Shown here: piece by piece, positions 36,801-51,168 of the stretch
Layout of the letters: each line of letters begins with the position of its first letter
Position numbering within the stretch: position 1 is the first letter of the stretch
Assembly (NCBI GenBank): GCA_951406725.2
Contig: OX597827.1
Location: 68,944,001 to 69,008,000, forward strand
Direction: 5' to 3'
Source: Octopus vulgaris
Taxonomy: Eukaryota
DNA: 64,000 nt
The notes under the pieces: model-generated
The model's database searches: none
The model's input: the letters and a program-made list of their open reading frames with translations, nothing else
What the model was told of the DNA's origin: nothing
Program-made: the position numbers and the translations under genes

Positions 36801-38217
36801 CTTTCCCTATTACAGTTTAGTTCCAAAACACATGATCAAAAGCCTTCCAGCCATGACCATCTGGTCGTTTTAATTTTCTAAGCATAGTGTGTGTACTCTG
36901 CACTACATTATACATATAATGAATGACAAGCTTCCTTTTCGGAAAATAATAATTTTGAAAAAGTAGAGTTTGATGAGGGAAATTATTTGATTACTAACAT
37001 TAGCAGATCAAGCTATCACAAAGAGAGAGTGTGTGTGTGTGTGTGTGTGTTGCATTTAAACAAAAATACTTTGGCGTTAGCGTGAGCATAGATTTGTTTT
37101 TTTACCACTGACAGAGAGAGATATAATCTGTTTTCTTAACCAATCTAGTTATTCCCAGGATATTGCTAGAGAGATTTTAGTCACATTGCATGCTCCCACC
37201 AAAATCACCCATCCCCACCATCACCCCTACACAGACACACAAATAGAACAACCACCAATAGTAGAGAGTATAAAAGGTTCATAAAATAAAATACAATACA
37301 CACACACACACACACACACACATGTCATCATCATCATCATATATATATATATATATATATACAGGGACAAGAACTATGTTAAAGAAGGGTGGGGGGAAGT
37401 ACCAGGTCAAAATCTAGTTTATGTGTGTGTGTATATATGTGGAGGGGAGAGGGTCTTCTTTCTGCCACACTACCCCCATTAGTACATATATCTACATACA
37501 TATACAAATCACCACTACCCCCAATGCAAAAAAAAAAAAAACTAAAACAAAAACACTACATGTTCTTTGCTAGAATAAGGAAAAAAAAACAAAACAGCCA
37601 GCCAGACTGTTTAAAGGGGTGGAGAAAAGGGTGGTGAAAGGATGATAGAGATAAAAAAAAAAAGGAAGTGAGAAAAAGAGATGGAAGAACAGAGATGGAA
37701 AGAGAGAGAGAGAGTAAGAGGAAAATAAACGGTAGATTGAGAGAAAGAAAGAGAGAGGTAGACAGAGGAAGTCATGAAGTTCCAAACTAGAACAAATATT
37801 ATTGCACTAAATGAGTAAATCCGGAGAATTATCTCGCAGCCCTCCACCCATGTCCCACCCCGATCACAACTACCAACATACTACCAAGCATCAAGACAAC
37901 ATTTATTTCACAATTCCTCTCTCTGGACAAGAAATTCCTCCCAAGAGTCTAAGCTCTACTTAGTCAAGAGATACTGATCTAAAACTGCAATGTTTGCTGT
38001 GAGCCTTTCTTTTTAAATTTAATTTCTGTTTAGATTTTCGTTTTTGCTTTCTTTGGTGGAGGGGGCGGAGATAGATGCAGGTGTGGCGATGTGGTTAAGA
38101 AGTTTGCTTCCAAACCACTTGGTCTTGGGTTCAGTCCTACTGTGTGGCACCTTGTCTAATACAAATCGCAGGCTATGGTAGAAGACAAAATAATAGAAAA
38201 AAATAAATATAAAATAA

Positions 38218-38613
38218 CTAGCAGTATCGCCCGGCGTTGCTCGGGTTTGTAAGGGAAATAACTATAAAGCATTTTTAGAGAGTTATAGCCAAAAAATAGC
38301 AAAAAAATGCATTAAAAATGGAAAACAAATGATGGTAAATTTTTTTTAAATCGTTGACTCATTGTAGACATTTTTAGAGAGTTACTTCCCTTATATAATA
38401 GCGAAAAAATGCCTTAAAATGGAAAAAAATGATGGTAAATTATTTCTAAAATCGTAGACTCATTGTAGATGCGTGCTAATACCCAGAAGGGCTCGATATG
38501 AATCACGACTATAAGATACCCGGTTTTGGTTAAACTGCACCGCAAAATGTGGGAGTAGTTAGGAATCTAAATTGTAGGAGACAGACACACAACTTGACTT
38601 TTATATATAAAGA
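38218..38613 (-). mobile_element. Non-autonomous Helitron
   Basis: Minus strand reads A|TCTTTATATATAAAAG ... hairpin CCCGAGCAACGCCGGG ... CTAG|T, with no TSD. It is inserted in a SINE A copy. Confidence 0.8.
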
Positions 38614-38883
38614 TATTTAAAAAATGTATGTACATATACATAAAGCTTTCTTCCCAAACCCCATTGTTCTTGGGCTTCTTCTACTATAGCCTCAGGCTGA
38701 CCAAAGCCTTATGAGTGGATTTGGTAGATGGAAACTGAAAGAAGCCTGTCATGTGTGTGTGTCCCACACCATAGCTTAACAACTGATGTTGGTATGTCTA
38801 CATCCCTGTAAATTAGTGGACCAGCAAAAGAGACCAGTAGAATCAGGTAATCAGGTTTGAAAGTATAAAACAAAAAGTACTAA

Positions 38884-39025
38884 ATACATTATTTACATTA
38901 GACAGATATTTATCCTTGTCTTGTTTGTTGTTAGCACAACGTTTCGGCTGATATACCCTCCAGCCTTCATCAGGTGTCTTGGGAAAATTTCGAACCTGGG
39001 TTCTCATTCCTAAGGTATTTAATTA

Positions 39026-39057
<32 letters not shown>

Positions 39058-39130
39058 AGTCACTGCTTGGAATTGAACTCAGAATCTTGGGGTTAGTAAC
39101 CCACGCTCATAACCACTACGCCATATGCCC
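38884..39130 (-). mobile_element. tRNA-headed SINE with hammerhead-containing tail (family H), copy 2
   Basis: Colinear with 8342-8631. A box TGGCGTAGTGG, B box GAGTTCAATTCC. It is inserted in a SINE A tail. Confidence 0.8.
38933..38978 (-). ncRNA. Minimal type I hammerhead ribozyme motif
   Basis: GACAC CTGATGA A GGCTG gagggtatat CAGCC GAAA CGTT GTGCT. The core is intact, with a palindromic ACGT in place of stem III. Confidence 0.6.
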
Positions 39131-39609
39131 ATGGGTCAATTCATTCAACTAAAATTCTTCAAAGCAGTGCCCCAGCATGGCCAGTCTAATGACTGAAACA
39201 TGTATATATAATATATATATATATTATATTACATATATACACACACATACACCCAATACATTCTGCCAAGTTTTTAACATTAGAAAGGGCATCCATATGT
39301 AGAAACCCATACCAAGGCAGACATTGGAGCTTGGCATGGTTCTCTGGTTCACCAGCTCTCTTCAAACCAACCATCCAACCAATGCCAGCCTGGAAAACAG
39401 CCATTAATTAGATGATGATACTCACCACCCACCGCCACCACCACCACCAAGCCACCATTCTCACACAGATTAGTTTACCACCACCGTACCCTCCACACAC
39501 ACACACATCCTGCCACTAACACCATTACCATTGACACCACACACACACACATCTGCCATCACCACAATGCACACATGCCTATACAAAAGTTTACATCAAC
39601 ACCACTCAA

Positions 39610-39640
<31 letters not shown>

Positions 39641-40515
39641 GCTCACCACTACTCCATACACACCTAGCTACCACCAGAACCACCATGTTCATCACACACA
39701 CACACACACTCCAACTGCCACCACTTACACTACACATTCTTACTACCACCATGTCTGTACATATATATACATACACACACACACACACACACACACAATG
39801 ACTACTACTACTCCCACCACCACCATTTCTACCACAAAAACCAAAGTAGTAATCCTTTCGCAGCAGGAGAATCAACAGTTCAAGTCTTCAGATCTATTTT
39901 CATCTGTCATGGTTTTGTTGGTTTTTGATTTCTTACACCACCACCACCAACACCACTACCACCACTACCAACACCACCACCACATCTGTTTTTGTTGATG
40001 CTAATGACTGCAGTTGTTATTTAGTTCCAAGTCAACATTGACTAATATCTTTCTCTCTAATACGTGTGTGTGTGTGTGTGCATGTCATTATCATTGTTTA
40101 ATGCCCGCTTTCCATGCTGGCATGGGTTGGATGATCTGACCGAGGACTGGCAAGCCAGAAGGCTGCACCAAGCTCCAATCTGATCTGGCAAGGTTTCTAC
40201 AGCTGGATGCCCTTCCTAACACCAACCACTCTGAGCATGGAGTCGGTGTTCCTTGCACGTGCCACCAGCACGAGGGCCGGTCAGACAGTACTGGTGCCGA
40301 CCACGCTTGAATGGTGCTTTTATACATGCCACCAGCCCATATATATATATATATATATATATCAATAATAATGAAGGGTAAAATTAATTAATCAATTAAT
40401 AATTTTACCAAGTAGTTCGATATGTTAAAAGAACCATTATCGGTAACCTTCTACAAAAATTCTATAATTATAAATTATGCTTATAATTATAGAATTTGTG
40501 TGTGTGTGTGTGTAT

Positions 40516-40684
40516 AGGTGCAGGCATGGTTGTGTGGTAAGAAGTTTGCTTCCCAACTACATGGTTCTAGGTTCAGTCCCATGCCAGGGCACCTTGGGCA
40601 TGTGTCTTCTACTACAGCTTCAAGCTTACAAAAAGCCTTGTGAGTGGATTTGGCAAGCAGAAACTGAAAGAAGCCTCTGTGTGT

Positions 40685-40719
<35 letters not shown>

Positions 40720-41395
40720 TGTGTGAGCGCGTATGTGTCTCCCACCACCGCTTCACAACTAGTGTTGGTGTGTTTACATCTCTGTAACTTGGCAAATAAG
40801 TACCAGGCTTTGAAAAATTAAATACTGGGGTTGATTTGCTTGACAAAACTTTATGGCAAAGCCCCAGCATGGCCACACAATAATAACTAAAACAAGTAAA
40901 GCAAGAAAACACACACACGACATATGGCAAACATTTTCCTTTTTCTTTTTTTCTGTACATCTATAGTGGTGGCTGTATGGTAAGAAGCTTGTTTCCCAAA
41001 TGCATGTTTCTGGGTTCAGGCCCACTGATTGGCATCTTCAGCAAGTCTCTCTCCTACTATAGCTCTGGGCCAACCAAAGCCTTGAGAATGGATTTGGCAG
41101 ATAGGAACTGAAAGAAGCATATCATACTCATATATATATATATCTATGTGTGAGCATGTGTGTGTGTGTGTGTGTCTTTGTTTGTCCCAACCATCCACCA
41201 CCACTTGACAACCAGTGTTGGTTTGTTTACATCCTTATAATCTAGCTGTTCAGCAAAACAGAACAATAGAGTAACTATCAAGCTTAGAAAAACAAAAAAC
41301 AAAAAAGTAGGAGTTGATTTGTTTAACTAAACCCTTCAAGGCAGAGCCCCAGCATGGCCACATTCTAATGACTGAAACACATGGAAGATAAAAGA
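40516..41395 (+). mobile_element. Two older tandem SINE family A copies
   Basis: Degenerate heads at about 40516 and 40968, each with a tail. Confidence 0.75.
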
Positions 41396-41954
41396 TGCAA
41401 GATCCAAATCTACCATTTGTCCTTTTATGAGTCCTTTTATGACATTACTAAGTGATCTGAGGGAGATTTGGCTGCAATTTTTAATAGGTTAAACAAGCAT
41501 GCAGTGTTCCTTTATTGCAATTGGGCTACTATTGATAATGGCAAACCTGTACTATCCTAAATAAGTCAATCTGACAATCACAACAAGCGGAGACAGTAAC
41601 ACAAGAACCTAGGAAACATTAGCATAACTAGGGAACTTCCCTAGTCGGCTGCCAATTGGATATCAGCATGGATTTTTTTTTTTTTTTAAATGGATAAAGA
41701 CCTCCTTCAGTAATGAATGACCATGGGATTGCAACTAGAAAGTTACCCTCAGAAGCACAAGTCTGAGCAAGGTTGTTTATGGAAGTCCAACAGTCGTCCA
41801 TGCATACCAGTCTCTCTGCTCCATGCCACCTACATTGTCCACGGGAAAGCCAAACATCAGTACAGCTTGGCACCAATCATGTCGCAACTCATTTCTACGG
41901 TTGAGTGAACTGGAACAACACGAAATGAAGTGACTTGCTGAAGAACACAACACA

Positions 41955-42236
41955 CGGTCAAGGGAGACTTTGAACCGAGCGGTTGTCGGCATCTTTACTA
42001 TCTTGTCCGGCAGCTTATTCCACGGATCCACAACCCGGATGGAGAAAGCCCCTCTCCTTCAAATGAGATGAAATCGTCGCAGACAGAGCTTTTCGGAGTG
42101 ACCCCGCATCCGACGCTCTGGAGCAGGAGTAAAGAACAGCTCTTTCGAGAGGTTACACTTTCCGCTTATGATGTTGTGAGCAAGAATGAGATCACCACAG
42201 TGGCGGCGTTTTTCTAGAGAATAAAGGTCGAGCGCT
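41955..42236 (-). mobile_element. CR1/L2-clade LINE ORF2 C-terminal fragment joined to a family D SINE body (41698-41958)
   Basis: Translates as LDLYSLEKRRHCGDLILAHNII...RGHSEKL...FSIRVVDPWNKLPDKIVKMPTTARFKVSLD. Confidence 0.85.
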
Positions 42237-42634
42237 GGTGTGTGTATATATATACACCAGAACCTTCCTTCTGTTCAATGTAGCAGCTACTTGCATGACA
42301 GCAGCACTCACTTTCAACTATCAGGTGATGTCAAGGCAAAGACACACACACACACACACACTTCAATCTAATAGCAGGGTAGCCATGGTGAACCTTAATT
42401 ATCCGACCAATAACTCTGAAGTCCTTATTGATGAGGACCTGATAACAACACTAAAATGAAAATCTGATAAGTTGCTTTTGTTTTCCCCAGTGAAAACATA
42501 TTTCATTCTGTAGTTCTCTTCTGCCTAACAACCATGTTATAGGGATGTAATGAACCAATACTAGATGTCCAGCCAAGAGGGTGGGGGACAAACACGTGTG
42601 TGTGTATATGTATGTATGTGTATATGTATGTTTT

Positions 42635-42678
<44 letters not shown>

Positions 42679-42689
42679 CATATGTATAT

Positions 42690-43080
42690 TCTTTTGTTTC
42701 AATCATTTTGACTGAGCATGCTGGAGCACTGCCTTTAGTCAAGCAAATTGACCCCAGGACTTATTCTTTGTAAGCCTAGTAGTTATTCTATTGGTCCCTT
42801 TTGCCAAACTGCTAAGTTACAGGGACATAAACACACCAGCATCGGTTGTCAAGCGATGTTGGGGGGGGGGGACAAACACACACACACACACACACATACA
42901 TATATATGTATATATACGACAGGCTTCTTTCAGTTTCCATCTACCAAATCCACTCACAAGGATTTGGTCGGGCCGAGGCTATAGTAGAAGACACTTGCCC
43001 AAGATGCCACGCAGTTGGACTGAACCCGAAATCATGTGGTTGGTTAGCAAGCTACTTACCACACAGCCACTCTTGCGCCT
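42690..43080 (-). mobile_element. SINE family A
   Basis: Full length. Confidence 0.9.
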
Positions 43081-43268
43081 ATTAAAAAGTTCTGGCGGAA
43101 TTTGAACTCAGAACGTAGCGGCAGACGAAATACCGTTAAGCATTTCTCCCGGCGCGCTAACCGTGTCTGCCCACTCGCCGCTGATGTATATACAACGGGT
43201 TTCTTTGAGTTTCCATCTACCAAATCCACTCATGTATGTATATATATATATGCATATATAAGTGTGTA

Positions 43269-43307
<39 letters not shown>

Positions 43308-43719
43308 GCACATATGTAGAAATATATAAAAAGCTAGCTGATTAAATGAACCACAATAAATGACTGGTACACAGTTTATTTGAAACTGGAATATAATGAG
43401 ACTTTGGTATTTAGCCTGGCATTTCACTAATTCAACTCTTCACTGCCATACTGACAGCAGCAATAATATAGACCTATATTCCATGCACATCCACCCTCCT
43501 GTCCCATTACCTAATTGGTAAAGCAAATATTTGTCATCCACCCACCCACCCACCTGTCATACCCATCACATTAACCCAAAAGTTCATGCATGAAGAATAA
43601 AAAAAATAAAAGTATTTTTTCTAATTGTGTTCTCAGATTAAAACTTTCTGAGATAATTAATTAACCTCGTAATTAAAATAATTTAGGGTGCTTATGAATG
43701 TGTGTGAGGGTGTGTGGGT

Positions 43720-43975
43720 ACACACACACACATTATATATATATACACATACATATATATATATATACACACACACACATATATACACACACACACATAC
43801 ACACACACACACATATATACACACACACACATACACATATATATACACACACACATACACATATATATATATATACACACACATATATATATATACACAT
43901 ACACACACATATATATAGATATATACACACATATATATACACGCATATATATATATATGTATATACACACACACA
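43720..43975. repeat. Compound (TA)n/(CA)n microsatellite
   Basis: Seen directly in the sequence. Confidence 0.95.
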
Positions 43976-44051
43976 TGAAAACACAATAACGCGAGGACGT
44001 GGAACAAATATAGTGTTATTGGACGCTCAGGAAAGGAAAGAAAGAAGGAGG

Positions 44052-44087
44052 ATTTAATGTTTCGAGCAGAGCTCTTCGTCAGAAACA
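44052..44087 (-). ncRNA. Second-family minimal hammerhead motif in a probable Penelope-like fragment (about 43977-44160)
   Basis: GTTT CTGACGA A GAGC tct GCTC GAAA CATT AAAT. Confidence 0.5.
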
Positions 44088-45064
44088 TAGAAAAAGGAAA
44101 GGTCCAAGGAAGGGATGACAGAGGAAGAAAATCGCCAACGATACACACGTGGTCAACGTCTCTGGTCATCATCAGGTATCATGTTTCTGGCTATTGTCCA
44201 GTAAACATTTATGTGTACATACACAAACACAAATTTATTTATTAACAACCAAAACAGTGGTTGTTCAAAATGGCCTTACGTATGTCGTATGTCCTAGGAA
44301 ATCTTGATAAGTACGGTATTCATATCAAGAAAGCATCTTTGATAGACGCATAGTGTTAATATAAAATATATGAGAAGCAAATGAAAGAGATTTTCAACAA
44401 CCAGATGCCCTTCCTGTCAACAACCCTCACCTGTTGCCAAGCACGATATTTCCTCTTGGTCAGACATGTTTCTAGAAGGAAGAATTATCAACGACAACAG
44501 CACTCACTCTCAACTATCATGCAATGTCAAGGCAAGATATATGCACACATGCATGCATGCACACACAATGCACAAGCTTCTTTCAGTTTCTATCTATCAC
44601 TTCCACTAACAAGGTTTTGGGTCAGCCTGGTGTTACAGTAAAATACACTTGCCCAAGGCCCAAGGTACTGCAGGGTGGGACTGAACCCACTACGTGTTTG
44701 GGAAGTGAACATTTTTCATTGCACAGCAATGCATGCACCTGTATAGAATGAAATTAATATCTTGGAATCATCATCATCATCATTATCATTTAACATCCAT
44801 TTTCCCATGTTTTCATGGGTTAGACTGAACATGTTGAGGTAGTGCCTACTTCAGCCAGATACCCCTCCTGTCCCCTAATGATTACCAGTTTTCAAGTAAG
44901 ATGCGAGATTTCACACACACATACACACACAAAACTGTCTCATGCAAAATGTGGGATTTTGAGACAATTTAAGACCCAAGCTTATGATAGATATGCATAC
45001 GTTTTTAACTGTATACATATATATGTACATACACACACAATTATATACACACACATAGACAGAT

Positions 45065-45480
45065 GCATAATTATACACACACATATATACACATATACAT
45101 GCATAATTATACACACGCACAAATATATACATATACACGCATAATTATACACACACACACACACACACACACACAAATATATACATATACACACATAATT
45201 ATACACATGCATAAATATATACATATACACGCATAATTATACACACACACACAAATATACATATACACGCATAATTATACACACACACACAATTATATAG
45301 ATATACAAGCATAATTATACACACGCACAAATATATGCATATACACGCATAATTATACACACGCACAAATATATACATATACTTGCATAATTATACACAT
45401 GCACAAATATATACATATACACGCATAATTATACACACACATATACATACATATACACACAATTATATAGACATATGTAC
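45065..45480. repeat. Minisatellite with a unit of about 38 bp
   Basis: About 10 GCATAATTATACACACGCACAAATATATACATATACAC-type units. Confidence 0.9.
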
Positions 45481-45894
45481 ATACATATACATGCAAAATT
45501 ACACACACACATGTATGCATATGTGTGTGTACATATGTGTGGTGTGAGAGTCTGTGTCTCCTTGTCTTGACATCATGTGATTATACATATATATATACAC
45601 ACATATATATATATACACACACACATATTTATTCATTTATTCGCACGCATCAGCTAGAAAACCAATAAACCAGTGTGTTATATTAAAAATCCTCTGCCCA
45701 ACTTGCTGACACTGCCTTGTCACTATCGCCATCAGAAATGCGGTGAACCAGTGATTGGGTCACTGGAAACCTCTCAAACCAATGATGTCATTGTTCACAA
45801 AACTGCATCATTGAAAATGGAATATTTTTTTTTAAAAATGACTCATCTTTGTCGTTTAATATTGTAGCAAGTATATCTTTCTTTTTCTTTCCTT

Positions 45895-46820
45895 TTTCTT
45901 TTGACTTGTTTCAGTCATTTTGACTGCGGCCATGCTGGAGCACCGCCTTTAATCGAGCAACTCGACCCCCGGGACTTATTCTTTGTAAGCCCAGTACTTA
46001 TTCTATCGGTCTCTTTTGCCGAACCGCTAAGCGACGGGGACATAAACACAACAGCATCGGTTGTCAAGCAATGCTAGGGGGACAAACACAGACACACAAA
46101 CATACACGCACAAATATATATATATATATATATACGACGGGCTTCTTTCAGTTTCCGTCTACCAAATCCACTCACAAGGCTTTGGTCGGCCCGAGGCTAT
46201 AGTAGAAGACACTTGCCCAAGGTGCCACAAATTTTGCACAACTAATTATACAAATCACCAATATCTGAAAGATGCTGTGTGTGTGTGTGTGTGTACTTGT
46301 TTCAGGAATTAGGCTGTGGCCATGCTGGAACACTGCTTTGAATTTTAGTCAAATGAACTGACCCCAGTACTTTTTTTTTTTATCAAACCACTAAGTTACA
46401 GGGATGTAAACACACCAACACCAGATGTAGAGTGATGGTGAGGGACAAACACAAAGACACGCACACAGAGGCTTTCCATATCCACACAAGGCTTCATTTC
46501 ACTTAAGGCTATAGTAAATGATACTTGCCCAAGATGCCACACAGTACTTTTTTTTAAAGCATGTTATTCTATTGGTCTCTTTTACTGGACTATTAAGTTA
46601 CAGGGACATAAACACACCAACACTGGTTATCAAGCAGTGGTGAGAAACAAAGACACAAACAGACACATATATACAGACACACACACACACATGATGGGCT
46701 TCTTTCAGTTTCTGTCTACCAAATCCATGCACAAGTCAACACTTGCCCAAGGTGCCACACAGTGGGACTGAACCCAGAACCATGTGGTTCAAAAGCAAAC
46801 TTGTTACCACACAGCCAATG
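45895..46820 (-). mobile_element. Cluster of SINE family A copies (one young, others old or partial)
   Basis: Repeated tail and body segments. Confidence 0.8.
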
Positions 46821-47395
46821 TATGTATGTGCGCGCGTGTGTATGTGTGTGCGCACACGTGCGTGTATTTGTTTATATATCGGTTTCTCGGCATAGTTGGT
46901 CAACATTTGAATATATTTTGAACTTACTAGCTATTATAAGCCATCAATATATGAAAGATATTGTATTGCTATGGATATATGTATACAGCATGTGTGTGTG
47001 TGTGTGTGTGTGTGTAAACATTTCTCCACTTATACGGTTAGTATTTAAGAGATTTTTTCATATGTTTTTGTATCATCTTTGTCTATTATTGCCACTACTG
47101 TTAAGAGACAACCAATTTAAGTTGAGAATTGAAACAGTACAACAATAAACCAATGGATCTCTTTGCTGCTAGCAAAGACCAGAATGTTTTATAACATTAC
47201 TAACCCTCTTTCTCTCATTAAGTAAGTTATCTGAATACTAATTTTTCAATAACATCAATATAGTGATTAGCTTGTTATCATAAATGAAGCAACGTTATTA
47301 TGCAGATATGTAAATTTATGCATCAAAACTGGGTAAAATATGTAATTTCTGCAGGTCCCACCAATTAACTACTACAGCTAATATTAATAAATAAT

Positions 47396-48990
47396 AGGCG
47401 AGCTGGCAGAAACGTTAGCGTGCCGGGCGAAATGCTTAGCGGTATTTCGTCTGTCGTTACGTCCTGAGTTCAAATTCCGCCGAGGTCGACTTTGCCTTTC
47501 ATCCTTTCGAGGTCGATAAATAAAGTACCAGTTTCGCACTGGGGTTGATGTAATCAACTTAATCCCTTTGTCTGTCCTTGTTTGTCCTCTCTGTGTTTAG
47601 CCCCTTGTGGGTAGTAAAGAAATATAATATTAATAAATAATATTAATAAATCCTTTCTGCAATAAGAACAAGGTCTGAAATTTTGAAGGAGGGTGCTAGA
47701 CAATAACATCGACCCCAGTGTTCAACTGGTACTTATTTCACCAACCCTGAGAGGATGAAAGTAGATGTCAACCTCGGTGTAATTTGAACCCAGAACCTAA
47801 AACTAAAATAAATGCTGCTAAGCATTTTATCAGACAATTCAGCTAGCAAGCACAAGGCCTGAAATTTTAGTGGGAGGCAGGGAAGTCAATTACAACAACA
47901 ACAGCAGCAGCAGCAGTGTGCAACTGGTACCTATTTTATTGACCCTGAAAGGATGAATGTCAAAGTTGACCCTGATGGCATTTGAACTCAAAATGCAGAG
48001 CCAAAAGAAAAGCCACTGAGCATTTTTTGTCTGGCACAGTAACAATTCTGCCAGTTCACCATTGTAACAATTCGTACTATAGGCACAAGGCCTGAAATTT
48101 GGGTGGGGAATGTGGGTTAAGTCGATTACACCAACCCCAATGCTGGTGTCCATTTTGTGAGCCCTGAAATGACAAAAGGCAAAGTTGACCTCCACAGAAT
48201 TTGAGCTCAGAACATAAAACCAGAAGCACTTTCTCCAACTTGCTGAAAGGCAGAGTCGACCTCAGCAGAATTTGAACTCAGAACATACGGACAGATGAAA
48301 TGCCACCAAGCATTTTGCCTGGTGTGTTAACGATTCTGCCAGCTCACCACCTTATATAATAATAATAATAATCCTTTCTACTAAAGGCACAAGCCCTGAA
48401 ATTTGTTGGGAGGAGGACCAGTCAATCATATCAACCCCAGTGTTTCACCAGTAATTAATTTATCGACCGCAAAAGGATGAAAGGCAAAGTTAGCCTTGGC
48501 AGAATTTGAACTCAGAACATAACAACAGACAAAATTCCGCTCAGCATTTCGCCTGGTGTGCTAACAATTCTGCCAGCTCACCACCCTAATAATAATAATA
48601 ATAATTTCAAATTTTGGAACAAGGCTAGCAATTCTTGGGAGAGGGTAAGTCAAATACATCGACACCGTAAACAACAAAAATCAAAGTCAACTTTGACAGA
48701 ATTTGAACTCAGAATGTAAAGAGGAACAAAATGTTGCTTTTTTTTTTCCCCCCCCAGCTTGCTAACAATTCTGCCAGCTCACCACCTTTTTAATAATTCT
48801 TTCTACTGGAAGCACAAGGTCTCAAATTTGGGGGAAGGGATTAAACCGATTACATCGACTCCAGTACGCAACCCCGAAAGGATGAAAGGCTAAGTCAACC
48901 TCAGAGGAATTTGAACTTAGAACATAGCAATGGGTGAAATACTGCTAAGTATTTTGTACAGTGTGCTAACAATTCTGCCAGCTCACCGCC
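47396..48990. mobile_element. Array of about 8 SINE family B copies (first plus, rest minus)
   Basis: GAATTTGAACTCAGAAC and TCTGCCAGCTCACC motifs recur every 110-230 bp or so. Confidence 0.85.
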
Positions 48991-49819
48991 ATACCACCTA
49001 TTAATAATAATTATAATAATCGTATCTGAAATATATCGTGTTGCTATGTAGATACAATTATATGCGAATGTATTTCTTTGCATATCTGACTGAATTTTAC
49101 ACCACTAATTATATTCTAATTCCATTACTTAAAATATATTGTTACATTATGATTGAATCTTCCATGTGTTAACATAAATATGTATGTATGTATATATATC
49201 CCCTCCTCTACCACCCTCTGAAAACAAATTTATTTCTCCAATCATGCTTTAACTCCTCTTAACTCTTTGGTGATTTTAAGCTCAGCTTACATCACCAACC
49301 CGCCTTTCCATTTTCCCCAATCAAGGCCATGGGAAATCTTGAGTTTTCAGAAATACAAGGCGATTCACTAATGTTGGTAGCTCATTTTGCACATGGCTTG
49401 TATAATATAACTAAACCCCAAACGCAGTGCCCCAGCATTGCCACAGTCTAATGACTGAAAATGAAAGTAAAAGTACATGTAAATTGGTTGGCAAATCAAC
49501 TGGAAGCAACATAGAATCGAGATGGTTCATTACTCTGAACAGAGCATGACAGCCTTTCTAGTGTTGGGACCATGAGAAAATGCACCCAGCACGCTCTATA
49601 AAGTGTGCTGGTGTTTAGAAGGGCATCAATCTATAGAAACCCTGTCAAAAGTAGGAGGACCAAGTTATATAAAGTCCTTTGACGCATGTAGAAGTACAGT
49701 AATTCTAAACAAGAATCGTCTTGGACTAACCAACCCATGCCAGCATGGAAAACAGACACATGGCGATGATGATGATGTATGTGTGTAAATGTATTTCTCT
49801 GCATATATGGTGAATATCT

Positions 49820-50196
49820 TTTATCTTTTACTTGTTTCAATCATTAGACTGTGGCCATGCTGAGGCACTGCCTAGAAAATTAATCAACCCCAGTACTTTT
49901 TTTTTGTGACCCTGGTACTTATTCTGTCAGTCTCTTTTGCCAAACCACTAAGTTACAGGGGATGTAAACATTCCAATACCACTTGTCAAGTGTTGGTGGG
50001 AGACAAACATACACACACACATGTATGTATATGACAGGCTTCTTTCAGTTTCCATTTACCAAATCCACCCACAAGGCTTTGATTGGCCTGAGGCTATAGC
50101 AGAAAACATTTGCCCAAGGTGCCATGCAGTGGTACTGAACCCAGGACCATGTGGCTGAGAAGCAAGTGTCTTATCACACAGCCACACCTTGTACCT
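49820..50196 (-). mobile_element. SINE family A
   Basis: Full-length older copy. Confidence 0.85.
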
Positions 50197-51168
50197 ATAA
50201 CATCAGAAGTTATTTTACACAACTATCAGTCAATTCGTAAAACTGAAATATACTGTGCTGTTAAGTAACAGGAAGGAAGGACATGCTGAGCAACATAGTC
50301 TTAGACCCATTCTGGCTGCAAAAAAAAAAGATAAATAAATAATAAAATGGACTGGTCTTTACTGGCACATTTGGGGCCAGAGGGTCTGCTTCATCAAAGG
50401 CTGATTTGGCCAACAGTAACCAACAAGAACCTTGACACAGTTTTATACACCATGGAGGAAAAGGGTTGGGATGGCCAGATGATATGGTAGTCAAGATTCT
50501 TCCACACTCCCAATCAATTCCCTGTCTACATTTAATGCCTGGCTCCCACACCATGCCACACCATACATACACCATCCTAAACCAGGGCTGTCTCCAAATT
50601 TGGTTATCTTATCAAACTATAACTGCAGCAGTGCCATCCTCCCTCCCACCGCATACACACCTCAAGTAGTACCCCAGCAGCTGAGAGATCAAACTTCTGG
50701 GTTCAGTCACCCAGACAACTTTTTAATTTAATTTTTCACTTATTTACTTATTATTTATAGTACTTCCCTTAATACATTTATCGCAACCCCCTATGACACC
50801 CAACCCGACAAAAACAGGAAAAAAAAAAAAAAACTAACAGCAACATTACCATCATCATCATCATCACCAGCAGCATCATCACAAAAAAAAACATCTGTAA
50901 AATGTTCTCACCATCCATATCAACCAAACCACCAGTGGCGGAAGGAAGAGGGGGAGACTTCTAAAATTTCTGCCAACCCCACCCCTTCCCCTCACATCCA
51001 TTACATTTACCCATCTCGAGAACAACCCCCCCCCCCCCGGTACTGTTCTGTGATTCCTGATAGCCCCACTCTCTCTCTCTCGCAACTCACCCCTATAACA
51101 AGTAATAAGAGAGCCTCCACAATGTTGGTCTCTTGTAAAGCTAAAAATAGCTGCCAAATCAGCCTGCC

